A stretch of DNA of 64,000 nt from Eledone cirrhosa (GCA_964016885.1 OZ024755.1:11098001-11162000); one strand, 5' to 3'; positions 15,352-30,869 are shown, counted from the first letter of the stretch. The notes: generated from the letters alone by a model not told the origin. Numbers and translations are program-made.

Positions 15352-18300
15352 AGCCTGAGATTTATTACTCTAGAGTTTGTCCTGTCTCCTGTGTAGTGAC
15401 AATGTCATCTGTCGACCCTTTGAATACACAGAAGAAACTCCAGAGTAACGAGACTCAAGCTTAGCCTTAATGAAGAGTATATATAAATATATGCAAATGT
15501 CGATTTTCTTGTTTAAATTCCGTCTTCCACTTATGAAAGAATCGCACAATATCCTAGTAGAATGTATTTCTCTTTGCATTGTTGCATGTTTATATTTCAC
15601 ATTGCTTGGTTGTTGTTGTTGTTTTCATGTTAGTCATAAAAAAATATATAGGTACATACGTACTAGTTAACAAAAAAAAAAGAAGAATGTGTTGCATGTA
15701 CTCTTTCATAGACAGTGCCAGATTAAATTAGTGTCAGACCTGTAGCATATCCTTTTAATACCAACCCTTCTTACACTGTCCCTTATTTCATGATACAAAC
15801 AGTTAATTTTAAAATGCCCATGTTTTTATTTCAACCTCGTCATAGTTTTATGTAAGAACTTCAAACATAAGCTTAGTAATGAAGAATTTGTTGTTTTTAC
15901 TGAATTCTTTAAATTTGTTATTTTCAAAATTAACTAAGACATATAGGCAGTACATTTCATTAGAAATATTGTAAATAATGGGTTAAAAATGTGATATAAT
16001 GGTTAAAAGTTGTATTGTACTATAGTTATAATGCACTTAATGCAAGGTCTCTGAAAATGTGAGGGACTAAAAATAAGGGGACCATAGCAAATGTTGCTCC
16101 TACCACTAGGTTAATCCGGCACTGTTCATATGACCTGGGTTCAAATCCACTTTAGAAGTTCCTTTCTATTCTGCATGCCTCGCTACATTTAGCTGTGAAA
16201 AATAAATAAGTATCTGCATTTTTGAGAATGTGGTAGACTACTATCATAGATTCCTTCATGTTTTTTGACCTCTTAACTCTACTGAATCATTAGTTTTTAG
16301 TGCAGTCTTTGTGGGGTTTGTAGTGTCATTTAATATTCTTTATCATTTGGGGAGCATTGTAGGGCAAGAGGTAAACTCTCAGCAAATCTTGGCTGTAATC
16401 CAGTTTCAGTTCCCGTTACAACAGGGAAATCTATATATAAAATACTATAATGGCAAAAAGAAAGAAAATATACAAAACGTAAGGAGATAGAAACCTTTAC
16501 ATACACTCTTCACTGGACAGTATATCTCAGCTGTGTGCCATGTAATAAAGCATTGCCACGGAAAACAGCCAGAGCTATGCTTCATCAGCCACTCCACTCT
16601 TGGCTTGACTGCATATCTCAAACAAGATGGAGAAAGTATTGTCACGGAGAACAGCCAGCAACATCCGCTGCATCAGCCATTACCTCTCGAGTTCTTTTTC
16701 GATTTAAATTAATAATTTACATTAATACTTGCAGAAAGAAATAAACATCACAAAACCCCATTGCACATATAAAGTGTTTTTTTTTTAATTTCCTATTCTA
16801 AAGAAACCCTTATTCAACATTTCTCCTTGGGTACTAACCAACAGGAATAACTCCTGGGGTACCTGGATTACATTTTAACAAGGCAGGGTATTAGTGAAGC
16901 CCCTCTTCAACTATTTTTGTCAACAGTAGAAAAGAAATGAACAGTCTTGTAAACAAATCAATCTAATGTTATTTACAACCCCTTTTTAATGTATGTATGT
17001 ATATATAATATTTACAGGGTCGCATCTAACTAAGTTAAGAGGATGTGCGTTTCTGCTCCTTGGTCGGTACTGTGGTGTGCCCATTGTATAGATACTTAAT
17101 ATTAACTAGTATATACCATCTAACTGTAAATAAGTACCAGGAATAGATACAAATTCACTCCAACTGTAAGCAGTTGGAGAATTGTAGTATTAGCATGATT
17201 TCTGTTAGCTTGTAGCTTGCTGTGCTGAGTTCAAGTCCTCCTTCAAACTGATCTGGGACCATAATAGAAGCGTTCACACCGCGGCCTTGTTTTAAACATT
17301 TCCATCACCATGGTGGATTCGATAAAACTGAAACGTTTACAAGACCCTACCCACATTCTGGGATAGTGGGGGTAGCAGGATGATAGGGATATATATCTAA
17401 CAACCATCAAAGAAGTTGTTGGTTCATATCATGCCACTGGCACTAACATGTGTTCCTGTGCAAGAGACATTTAACGTTCAACAGTCTGATCCATTCTTCT
17501 AGCTGGAAGTAGACTGTGATTTAAGACCAGTTTGGGAATCTGAGTGACAATGACTAACAGATAATTGTTTGCTGAAGTTCAGAGATGTTTTCACTGCTCA
17601 GCTAAGGATACACTGACTTATAGACTGTTGAGGGCCAGAGGTGTGTTTTCATTGCTCAGCTAAGATGCATTCCATTTTCATTTCAACCTTTGTACAGTGG
17701 CTATGACTTCACTTTTTCGTGGCATTTTTTCAACTATTTTTTTACTCAGCCCAGCTGCCACCTTGGCATTGTCCAAGTGTCCTATGGCCCACTTGTCATT
17801 GCCCAAATGTCCAGCAGCCCACCTAACATTGCCCAAATGTCCATATGGTATGGCAGGGTAGGAACATCTCACCACAGCTAGCAGCGAAGAGTCTTTTAAG
17901 ACATAGAAAGAGACTCATTGATTTTCAGTGCTGGGTTCATTTCTACCTTAACTCTTTCATTACTATATTTTGTAATGAAAGACACTGCTTCTACTTTTCA
18001 AATAATTTTGAAAATAATCCAAAATTTTCACATAAAACCTAGCACCTGAGCCCAATATAGATGGGAGATCTAGCTACTGAGTTCAGTTCACGGGTGAAAT
18101 CTGTGAAATCTATCTACCGAGCCCAATTTACTTGAGAAATCAAACAACTTGAGCCAGGGAGAAGGGAAAGCATTGATAATCAAACCAAAAAACAGCGCAG
18201 TCCATGTAGAACAAGACAAAAATGAAACGAAATCAATGAAAACCAAATTCCAAAGTTTTAAACACTCATATATTCAGGAGATCAGAGAGAAAGCAGTTAT

Positions 18301-19335
18301 GGTTGGTGACTGAAAGGTTTTGTGCATCTTTCTTTTGTTTTTACAGTTGATATTGTTTGTTTCTTTTTTTAAATTATTGTTAATGCCTCTGGTTAAAGCA
18401 TGAACCACTTCCATAATACCCTCTCAGGCATCTTTTGACTATGTAAATTCAACAGTTATTGCTATCAATATTATTGTTACTATTGTTGTTGGGCTTTTCC
18501 TATTACATCTTTGTGCTGTGGAGGCAATAATGCATTGCCACTGTTATAAATGCTGTTATTATTAATACTATTGTTTTTGTTGTTATTTTTGCTGCTGTTA
18601 TTGCTATTGTTATTGCTGTTGTTATTACTGCCACTGTTGTTGTTTTTTTGTTATTGTTGTTATTACTGTTGTTGTTATTGTTGTTGCTGTTATTGTTTTT
18701 GTGCTCATTGCTGTTGTTGTTGTTATGCTTGTTGCTGAACAATTACAGTTTGTGTGTATGAGTAGTTATGAATTAAAATATAGGTCCCTATATTTCTTTG
18801 TATATAAGTGAGTTTTAATGCTATATGTATGTGTATGTATGTAAATATGTATTATGTATAGATGTATGTATAAATGTGCATATGTATGAATGTGTGTATG
18901 TATGTATATATGTGTGTATGTATGTATATATGTATATATTGTCTATAGAGTGTGTGTATGAATCAGTATATCTGTCTATGTGTGTTTCTGAATCTAATAC
19001 AAGAATTCACCCAGGTTAAATTGATAGGGTATAAAAAAGCAAACAAACATACATACATACATATATATATAGAGTCAAAGCAAGATCAGAGACAGGCAGG
19101 CAGACATGCATAGTGACAGACAGTCACAATGAGATAGAATGACAGAAAAAAATAACAAAAAAAACAAAAATTAAATGCCAATAAAGAGAAAAATAAACGT
19201 CTAAATTTCCTCAGAAATCAAATAAATTGAATGCATAAGGAGAATGTTAATAATAATAATAATAGGCTCATAGCCAAGGCGCACAGAGCTGTGCTCAGTA
19301 AGGCAGTAATGATGCACAATAAAAATAATAATGGA

Positions 19336-19376
<41 letters not shown>

Positions 19377-19682
19377 TAAGGTGCTCCAGCATGACCAGTG
19401 TCTAATGACTGGAACCAGGAAAAACAATGAATTAAAAAATATTAATTATAATTTAATAAAATAAAATATTATAATAGTAATAATCAACAATAACAATAAT
19501 ATTTTAATTAACTGCAATAACAATCTTTAAACATAATTTTTACTCTCTCTATGTATATATATATATATATATATATATTTATACATACATATACACATAT
19601 ATTTATAGATACATATATGTATATATATTTATAAATATATATATACATATATATATATATATATTTTATAAATACATACCCC

Positions 19683-19732
<50 letters not shown>

Positions 19733-22700
19733 TACCCACACATATATATGCACATACACAACACAACACACATTATTGCTTCATTTTACTCTTTTTCTAT
19801 TTTTGATTTTTATATCCATTATACATACCCGACATATACACTATACATACCTGACATATACATTATACACACCCGACATATAGATTATATATAACCAACA
19901 TATACAATTTTCTGGTTTCCATTGACCTTTTTTTTTTTATTTTGATCATATTTTTATATTTTACTTTTTATTCTTTTATTTTTTTATTATTTTTTCCTGA
20001 AACAATAGGCCACATATGTCCGAACTATATAAGTCCAAGCTGGTCATTAATGTTGACCAATACAGTATTTTTTTAGTCAAATTCAATTTTTTGAATGTTT
20101 TTGGTTGTTTTTTGTTGAGGCTTTTTTAATGGATCACATTAAGAAAAAGAAGGAAAAAAAACTTATTGTCTGAAAGAACATGGATTGACCATTTCTGTGG
20201 GGGGGGGGGGGGTTCTGGTTTGTGGAGTGCAGAGACAGTGAATAAATGAAGGATGGATGAAAGGAGCAAAGGGAAGGGCAAAAGAAATAATCCCTCCACA
20301 ATATGTGAAAAAAAATATTTCAGTGGGAGAAAAAAATATATGAGATTGAAATAAAGAAGCCATTGAAATAAAGAAGCTTTGTATGTTGATGTAGATGTAA
20401 GTGAAGGAAAGAAAGAAAGAAGAAAGAAGGGAAGAAAAGAATGAAAGAAAGAAAGAAGGGAAGAAAGAGAGTGAGAAAGAATCAAAGAAGAAGGAAGGAT
20501 GAGATGAAATTAAGCAAAGAAGGAGAAAATAAAATAAATGAAAAAAAGAAATGAAAGTAAAGAATGAAAAAGTTATTCAATGAAAGAAATACTTATTTCC
20601 CACTAGCTCCTTCACTATCACTAAAAGGGTACCACCACAACTACCACTAATAGGGTGTCACTGCAATTACCACTGCCACTAAAGGGGTATCAGGCAACAT
20701 GAACCAGTAAGACTGAAAGTGAGAGAATAATTGCTGGATTAGAGAGATAGAGAGAGAATGAAATGGAAAGAGACAGAGAGAGAGAGCGAGGATGTGTGAG
20801 AGATGTAGCAAGGGAGAAAGCATAAAAGAGAGAAGGGGGTTGAGAGATGGAGCAAAAAGAGAAAGAGAGGGAGACAGATGGGGGGAGGGAAAGCATGAAA
20901 GAAAAAGAGAATGAGAGACGGCGTGTGTGAGAGATGAAAGGGGAGAGAGAGTATGAAAGAAAAAGAAAATGAGAAGGAAAGAGAGAGAGAATATGTTTAT
21001 ATAGAGAAAATGGAACAATAACAGGATGTAAGTGATGAAAGTGAATGAACAATGAAGTGACTGAATAGAGGAAAGACTTAAAGGACGGAAGGAAAGAAAG
21101 AAAGAAGGGCGAGATATAAGAAGGAAGGAAAGAAATGTATTTAAACTCTTCTCCTTTATGATAAAGATGAAATGAGAATGAAAATATTTGAAGGTGAAAA
21201 AAAAAAATGAAAGTAAAAATCAAGTTGTGACAAAACAGCTTATGAATGATGAAAACAAAAAAAATATATCAAGAAGAAATAATTATTGATATTGAACTGA
21301 ATAAATAAATATCCAAAAAAAAAAAAGAAAACATGCTTGAGAATCAGCAAAAAAAATATATATATAAGAAAAAGGAGAGAAGGACAAATCATTATGAGAC
21401 ATATACACTAACTTAACAGAATGTAAGAAACGGGCAACTGTCACCCATAACTGATCTCACTGTATCACTAGGAATCACACTCCACTTCGTAAACCGATTG
21501 ATTGATCGATCGATTCATCGATCTGATTGATTGATCGATCATATTATTATATGATTGGTTGTTATATCAATCAGCTTACTAATAAAAGCTGATGATGTCC
21601 CACCCCATCCCACACCCATTCCCCCTATCCCACCCTGCCCCACAAAAGAGAAAAAAATATATAAATATATATATATATATATAATTCCTACTCACCTTTC
21701 CACCTGCCTTGACCTAAACAAGCTTATATATAAATGACATTTTTGATATTTGACACTAATTAATTAAATTATTAACAATTTATACTTTATTATATATTTA
21801 ATGATTGGTCACGTCACGCCATGTTATGTCACATCAAGTTGCGTCACATCAAGTCACATTACGTTACATCGCGTCGCATTACGTTGCGTCATGTCACATT
21901 ACATTACGTCATGCTCTCTTTCGTTATGTGCATCTGCACATCCACTTGTGTATGTAAGTGCATGCATATATATATATATATATATACATATATTTATCTA
22001 TATATATTATCTATAGCTATATATATAGACAATGTATATACATATATATAATTACATATATATAATTACATATGTATATATATATGTGTGTGTGTGTATA
22101 CATATATATATATACACACATACATATATAGAGAGACATACATAGAAGCACATACACACTTAATTATTAGATTTTTATTTCCTATATTTTTTCTTACAAA
22201 TCCTGATGTATGGACTGAGTTCAGTTGAGTACAACTACTACTACTGCTACTACTACTACAACTACCAATACTACTGTATAAAAACTACTTATATTACTAC
22301 TACTACCTCTTTATTTTGTCTTTCACATTGCTACCTCTGATAATGCTTCTTCTTATTTCATTTTATTTTCAGTTTTTTATATTATTTTTCAATTAAAAAA
22401 ATATGTTCCTTTTTTTTTTTATAATGTGTGTTTACATAATGGTAGCTTCTAAACTGTTGAGAATGATAATAATAATAATTATTATAAAAATAATAACCAT
22501 AATAATAATTGTTATACTAGAAATAACTGCTACGAAAATAGTGATATTAACTCGCTTCAATATTGTCGAATTGTAGGGCTGAGAACTGCAACCACTTGTA
22601 TTATAATTTTTTTTTTTTTTTTTATACACAGACATGCTCTCACATACATACACATATACACACATATTTTTACTTATACAAACATACATTTACATGTCAC

Positions 22701-23260
22701 ACATGCTCACTGCCAAATATATATATATAAACTCGTTTTATAAGTATGTATGTTTAGTGTACTTAAATATATATATATTCATATATAGTAATAATAATAA
22801 ATATATATTCATATATATATATATGTAAAATGTAAATGGAAACAACACACACATTTATATATATATACATATATATATATGATTGTATGTATGCATGTGT
22901 TTGGAGTTTAACATACTTTCTAAATTTAGTAATTACTTTTGTTAAAAGTTTTTTTGTAAGTATGTATGTTTGACAAATTGACATCTAAAATAGAAGTATA
23001 GGTTTAGTATTATTTCACATATTCTAATCACTAAAAGATAATAATATTAAAACAAGACACACCAGTTCATTATTATCTCATAAGACAAAAGACTTACCAC
23101 ATCACACACTACACACAGATACACACAGGCATACACACACATATATATATATATATATACACAGCAAGATATGGTTATCCAATCAGGTTGTAACTATGAC
23201 CATGATGAATCATCCAACCCTTGTCAACAGACGATAAATGATGGTGATGATTATATAAAC

Positions 23261-23297
<37 letters not shown>

Positions 23298-23512
23298 GTA
23301 GTAATAATAAATACAAAGACTAAAATCTAAAAAGGACTCGATAAGTGTTGTATATATAAAGATAGATTAACGGCACATATATATATATTATTCACAGTGT
23401 GTAAATATATATATATGAATGTGTGTGTATGTGTGTTATAAGATTTGTTTCAATATTTGACCTTATGCCTGGTAAAAAAAAAATAGAAAACACATCATTA
23501 TTATTCTTAACA

Positions 23513-23710
23513 AAGGGTGGTGGATTGGCAGTATCGGTAGAGGGTCGGACGCCATGCTTTGACACATAGAGTTACGGCCCTTACCATTCTGAGTTCAAAT
23601 CCCGCCTAGGTTAACTTTGCCTTTCATCCTTACGGGGTCAATAAAATAAAGTACCAGTAATGCACTGGGTAATTGCTGGCCTTGTGCCAAAAGTAGAAAC
23701 AATTATTATT
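23513..23710 (+). mobile_element. tRNA-derived SINE (family A), full length
   Basis: Near-identical to the 10367 and 55159 copies. Confidence 0.88.
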
Positions 23711-25029
23711 CTTCATCATCTTCATCATCATCATCTTCATCATTCTCATCATCATTATCATCATTATATTATCATAATCATTATCATCATCATAGTTGTT
23801 GTTGTGATGATCATCTTCATCATTGACATCATCATTTAATACTAGCTTACCTTTTATCTGTAGATGATGGGTCCTCTATCAGTTTCGATGAGGAGCATTC
23901 AGTTGATCACTCATGTATTAGAATGTAAGTGGTTGAGTATTCCACAGACACGTGTACAATTAATGTAATGCCCAAGCTGAGCCAGTGGGACACAGTATGT
24001 GAGATGGCTGGACCTTTGAATTACAAGTTCAATCCATCAGATAGGCTTCCACGCAGTTTCTGTCTACCCAATTTCACTCACATGACTTGGGTTGAACAAA
24101 GGCAATGGTAAAGACATTTGCCCAGAATACTACCCAGTGGGATCAAAGCCAGACATTATGATAACAAAACAAACATCTTAACCATTCAGTCACAATTAAT
24201 ATATATGTATAACCCTTCCATTACTATATTTCTAATGAAAGACACAGACTGTGATTTTCAAATAATGTTGATGATAATCTATAATTTTAAGGGATTTTGT
24301 ATTGTAACTAACTTTTAAGCTGATGTTTGGAACATAAACATTCTTACATAAAATTAAGATGGAAGATTATTAGATAAATATAAACACATTAAAACAAATA
24401 GTCTTGTTTCACAGAACCAAGGGCAGTTTCATGTAGTTTGGCTATAAATATTCAACAATATAAACTGTATAATGAAAAGGTAAACCCATATAAAACCATA
24501 TAAATGTCAACGTTGCTGAATAATCAGTATGTTTGGTCAATATGTTTCATTCAAATTCAAAAGGAGGTATTTAATTCCTTTGTAGAATAATCATCAGAAT
24601 CACTAGATAATATATATATATATATTGTTATACTTTGTATAACAATATCGGTTTCAACACACGTTTTCAGATAAAGAATCTTGCTAAACAAATTCAGAAA
24701 CGATATATATATATATATACACAAACACATATGTATGTATGTGTGTTACATTATTATTGTCACAATACACACTGGTATTTAGTCTGTCACTTACACTGGA
24801 CGTGTGTATATGTATAGCATGTTCATGTAATGTATCTTATCTTTGTATATATATATATGTATGCATGCATATATATATGTACAAATATATATATATATAT
24901 ATGTTTTTGTGTGTGTATTCATACATATATATATATATGTATGTATGTATGTTTATATATGTATGTATATCGGTCTTATTCGATGACTTCGTTTCAGTAT
25001 TATTATTATTATCTTATATATATATATAC

Positions 25030-25067
<38 letters not shown>

Positions 25068-25665
25068 TATGTATGTATACTTAAATAGATGCATATGTAT
25101 AGATATAAATATATATTGTGTATGTACACATAGAAATATAATGAATATAAGCATATACGCATGATAGCATGCATGTATGCATGTAAGTAAGTATTCCAGT
25201 GATTGTATGTATGTTTGTTTGTTTGTATATATGAATGAATGTACATATGAATATATATATATATGTATATGTATGTATGTTTGTTTGCTTGAATTAATAT
25301 ATGTATTTATGTTGTATTACACAATTAATTAATGATGTATCTATGTATATGTGTATATATATATATGTTTGTCCTTGTCCTTGCAGGCACGTATGTTATA
25401 TATGTCTTTTTGACTTAGTATGTATAGCAGCACCTGATGAACCTGTTAAGCAATGTGAAACTTGGGGAAAATATATAAACAATCGGAAGAGATGATAACC
25501 CAGACTTTCTTTAACTTAAAATAATTCCATGTTCCTCACACTCTTATATATATATATTTCTTTGAAAAGAGTTCCGTACAGCACACACCTGCACATACAT
25601 ACAGACAAATACATATACACACACATATACCAAACTGCCAACATTCATTGGTACTATCATATACA

Positions 25666-25699
<34 letters not shown>

Positions 25700-25727
25700 G
25701 TATATACATACATGTACATATTCATGC

Positions 25728-25760
<33 letters not shown>

Positions 25761-25823
25761 TATTCATGCATATATATATATATATACGTATATATTTATG
25801 TATGTATTTATGTATGTATGCAC

Positions 25824-25887
<64 letters not shown>

Positions 25888-25999
25888 TCACTCATATATA
25901 ACCTGTTTTTATACACCATTTTTATATCAATTTATCAATATAGACTAAAACACCATGACCAAAGGGCTCAGAACTGAAACATTACTATTATTATTATTA

Positions 26000-27092
26000 T
26001 TTTAGTATAGCAAAATCAACAGAACATAAAAAAAAATGACCATACTGTATTAAGTTACGTTCCTTTAATATTTTGACTTTAAATTCCACTGGGGTCAGTC
26101 AACTTTGCCTTTCATTATTATTATTCCAGGAGTTGATAAAATATAGTACCAGTCATTTACTTGTGTCAATTAATCTAATTGATCGAAACCTTACTCCTTA
26201 CCTAGTCACCCTCTCACTAAAATTATTTAAAAAAACACATTAGTGGGTCTTGTCTCTATGCTGGATATCATTATTATTATTGGAATTAGAATTATCACAT
26301 CACCATCATTATTATCATTCTTCAAATTAAAATTATCACATTGCCACCATAATTATTATTCAAATTAAAATTATCACATCTCCATCATTATTATTTCTAT
26401 TATTCAAATTCAAATTATCACACCACCATTAAATAATAATAATTATTATTATTATTCAAATCAAAATTATCACATCACCATTATTATTATTATTCAAATT
26501 ACAATTATCTCACTACCATTATTATTATTATCATTATTAGCAGGTTAACTTTGCCTTTCATCCTTATGGGGTCGATAAAATAAAGTACCAGTAATACACT
26601 GGGTAATTTGCTGGCCTTGTGCCTAACGAAGAAGCAATTATTAGCAGATGATTGTTAAACTCATTAAATTGTTGACCAAAATGTTTGGCTCTTCACATTC
26701 AGATTTTAACTCCTGCCAAGATTAACTTTGTCCTTCATCCTACCAGGGTCAGTAACATAAAGTACCAATGAATCATTCGTGTCCATATACCTTTTACCTT
26801 TTATTCAAATTGCACGCCTTGCGCCTAAATTAGAAACCATTATTAATTCCATTATTACGGCAGTGGAGGGTGGGGGATTGGCAGTATCGGTAGAGCGTCG
26901 GACGCCATGCTTCGCGGCATAGAGTTACAGCCCTTTACGTTCTGAGTTCAAATCCCGCCGAGGTTAGCTTTAACTTTCATCATTACAGGGTCGATGATAT
27001 AAAGTAGTAGTCACGTACTGAGGTCGAGTCTATCGACTTTCTCCCCTCCCCAAATTACTGGCCTTGTGCCTATACTAGAAATCATTATTATT
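26000..27092 (+). mobile_element. Cluster of family A SINE copies and fragments (best copy 26867-27092)
   Basis: Repeated aactttgcctttcat..aagtaccag..ggccttgtgcc segments separated by (ATT)n. Confidence 0.75.
26270..26535. repeat. ~38-bp AT-rich minisatellite
   Basis: attattcaaattaaaattatcacatcacc repeated ~6 times. Confidence 0.8.
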
Positions 27093-28563
27093 ACGGACAG
27101 GATGCTTTGTGGTATCTGATCCGGAGTTGTGACTGGCAAATAGTCTCAGTAACTGAAAGACTAATGGAAACATTGTTTCCCAGGTCTGATCTGATGATCA
27201 GCTCCTTTCTTTTTTTTTTTTTAACAATGTTGCTAATGCCCTAAGGAAAGGCAGGAAGACCAAAATTTCCTATTTTTCTGACCCCTATTAAATTTCAGAT
27301 GTTGTGCCTATCAAAAAATAAATAAATAAATAAATAAAAAAATTTAAATAAAACAATTTATTATCTCTAAACATTCTGTATCTCATGGAACTAAATTAGC
27401 AAAGTAGCAAGACATTCTATGTATAATAGTACGAAATAGCACTATGAGTGCATCATATTAAAAATTAAAGTCTTTCCTCTAATACAGCAAATTTTCACAA
27501 TTATCTGTCCACCAGTAAAGATACTATAAACATTTAAATTAGCAAACTACATGAAACCACATTAGCAAGACATTCTATGTATAATAGTACAAAACAGCAC
27601 TATGAGTGCATCACATTAAAAATTCTTTAATCCAAAGCTGCAAATTTTCACAACAATCTGCCCACTAGTAAAGATACTATAAACATTTGAATTTACAGAC
27701 CTGTTTTTATATATTTTGTGCTTCAATCATTACAGGATGTTAAGAGTTAAATCAAATAATTTTATTTCATGGATTGCAATATTTTAACTTGGAACAAAAA
27801 CAGAATTTTGGGGGAGGCAAAATATTTAGATAAAAGATATTTAAAAAAAAATAAAACATTTTTTTAAAACATATATTGCTCTTAATTCTTGATTATGGCT
27901 GTCCATTTTAGAAATTCACAACACACATACACACACACACACATATATATAATGCATATACATACATGCACACATACATTATATATATATAATGCATACA
28001 CATACATGCACACACATATACATACAACACACACACATATATATATACATGCACACACATAAATAATAATAATAATAATGATGATGATAATGATAATGGT
28101 GATGGTGATTATAATAATTTCTTCAAGGATGCAGATGTTTGGAGCCAACATAAAGACAGAAAATAACACAAAGTGAAAGGAAGACATCAACAAAGAAAAG
28201 ACAACAACAACAATAATAAGAAATAACAATGATAACAATATAATTGTAATGCTTTCTTTATTAACCACAAGGGTTGACATAAAGTATAACATTAAGGACA
28301 GCACAGGATAGTACAAATGGGCATTTCTACATGTAAAAAACAACAAAATTATATATATATAAAACAAAGCCAGCTAAGAATTCTCCCCTAATAGAAAGGG
28401 ATGGTCCCCTAGGGATAATTCCAATGACCTCCCCACACACACACAAACCATCACCACGACCTCCAATTCCTCTGTTGCATTAAAGATGTTGAAAGTGTTC
28501 TCTTCGAGTTTCAACAGCAACAACAATTATAATAATAACAACAATAATGATAATAATAATAAT

Positions 28564-28811
28564 CAGGATTTAATGTGACAACTGAAAAGAATTTGGGACT
28601 GTCATGAGATGAAGGTTGTCCCCATTGTCATAGGAGCACTAGGTACTATCTCGAAGAGTTTTCAAGGCTAGTTAAAGAACATTAGCCCAGCCCCATTTTT
28701 TGGAACACTTCAAAAGGCATGCCTACTGGCAACAGTAAGGACCATCCAATACGTTCTGAATATTTGCCTGATGTTCATTGGGGTAAATCTTCCAGTTAAA
28801 TAACATCAATT
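28564..28811 (+). mobile_element. R4/Dong-like retrotransposon 3' fragment (decayed)
   Basis: Translates QDLM*QLKRIWDCHEMKVVPIVIGALGTISKSFQG*LKNISPAPFFGTLQKACLLATVRTIQYVLNI; shares 3' UTR ttccagttaa..taacatcaat with 775-917; preceded by (AAT)n. Confidence 0.8.
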
Positions 28812-29430
28812 ATAAACATAGGGTCTACAACAGATGTGAGACTGAGCTACAAAAAGTTGTATAAATCCAAGAGTATAAAAAATCACAGATAAAAAAACAT
28901 TGATAAAATATGAAATAAGTATAAAAACATAAAATACATAAAAATTAATGCAAGGTATGTTATACAATGTAAAAAGAAAATAACATGACATGTAGGGTTA
29001 CCTACCTATACACAGGTAAGAAGTCTGTAGCTAAGTCAAGTCAGAACACCTCACATTTTTACTCACCTGCCATACATTATATTTCCCAAGGATCATCAAT
29101 ATAACCCCGCCAAAAAAGTAACAATATCAACAAATGCCATAATATTGCTGACGGGGTGGGAGAAAGGAAAGGTGGTGATGATGATGATGATCTCAAAAAA
29201 AAAAAAAAGATAGGACTAAATACTAATTCAATACTGACAGTGACTATGACAGCTATAATGAGGTTGGGATGTTTTAGGAATATCTTAATCTATATGTAGC
29301 TTTGTGTGTGTGTTTGTGTGAGACACAGGGGTGGGAGGGGCCAAATAAGGAATTCTTGAAGGGTTTACATTTCAAGATCTTAAACCTTTAGGGCTATTTG
29401 GTTTTTAAATTCCATACGCATACATAAATC

Positions 29431-29464
<34 letters not shown>

Positions 29465-30264
29465 AGTATTGAAGTTTCCGTTGAAAATTAACATTATATA
29501 TATATAATGTATATAATGTATATATATAATATATATATATATATATACTCCTTACAAAAATTTCACACACACAAACATATATACATATATGTGTGTATGT
29601 ATTTATATCTCTACACTTGTTACATGTAAATGCACTCACATCACATACATTCATGCACGTATACATAGTCTCACATACAATATAAAAAATACACAAATAC
29701 ATATATAAACATTTAAATTTATACATACGAACATGAATATAGGACAGTGTCTTAACTTCAGTCTAAACATGAATGTGGTCACTTCTTAACTATGTATGTG
29801 CATATATATATATATGTGTGTGTGTGACTATATATATGCATACATATACATATATATATATGTACGTATGTATATGTGTGAGTGTGATATATGTGTGTGT
29901 GCGTGTGACTATATATATGTATACATACACACATATATATATATACGTATGTATATGTGTGTGTGATATATATATATATATATAATGGAGAGGGTAATGA
30001 AGAGAAACCGTTTCTCAAAAGTCCATTAAAAACAATAAGGAAACTGAAGTGACCACAGTCAATATAATTTTTTTTTAAGTTTTTTCCATATTTTCTTAGA
30101 ATTTTCTTATTAAAAGGAATACAAATGAATAATGGAAACGATTGACAGTTCCTCAGCCATCAAAGAAAGAATTTAAATATAAAATGATAAAATAAATTTT
30201 AACCCTCCCCAAATATATATATATATATATACATCATTTATGTATATGTATGTATATATACATA

Positions 30265-30303
<39 letters not shown>

Positions 30304-30869
30304 TATATGTATACACATCATATATATATATATACATCATATATATATAATTGTCAAGTGAATAATGATCCTTGAAAGGAAATTGTTTTGTTTTTGTTTG
30401 TTTTTTTCTGGATTGTTTGTTTGTTTTCTGTTTTCTTAAACATAACTTTGTTCCAAACTTTCAATTAAAATCACTTTTTTCAATCTACAAAATCTCTTTC
30501 TTGTTATTTCATTCATGTTTTCTTTTATTCTATTACTGGTTTCAGTTGTTAGATAGCAACCATGCTGGGGCATCACATTGAATGGATTTAGTCAATCATG
30601 TTAACCACAGCACTTTTTTTTTCTAGTCCAGTACTTATTTTATTGATCTTTTTTTTTGTCAAAGAGGACATAAACATATATAGACATAGTCATACACACA
30701 TACATATATGAGCGTGTGTATCCAGTTTAGAATAGGTTCACCATATCTCTGCATGTCATATGACACAACTAAAAGGGTTGCTGTCAGGAATGGCATCAGA
30801 CTGTAAAATATTGCCTCAAAAATTCTTGTCCAACCCATACCAGCTTGGAAAAGCCAATGTAAAAACTAT

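Noticed and set aside
20100-21480. Long purine-rich tract as the UTR of a neighbouring gene
   Set aside because: No associated coding exons were found, and composition alone is insufficient.
23513-23610. tRNA gene
   Set aside because: The A/B boxes belong to a SINE head followed by the SINE body and tail; there is no cloverleaf.
25425-25510. CTGATGA..GAAAC hammerhead-like core
   Set aside because: Stems I-III do not pair convincingly; at most a decayed remnant.
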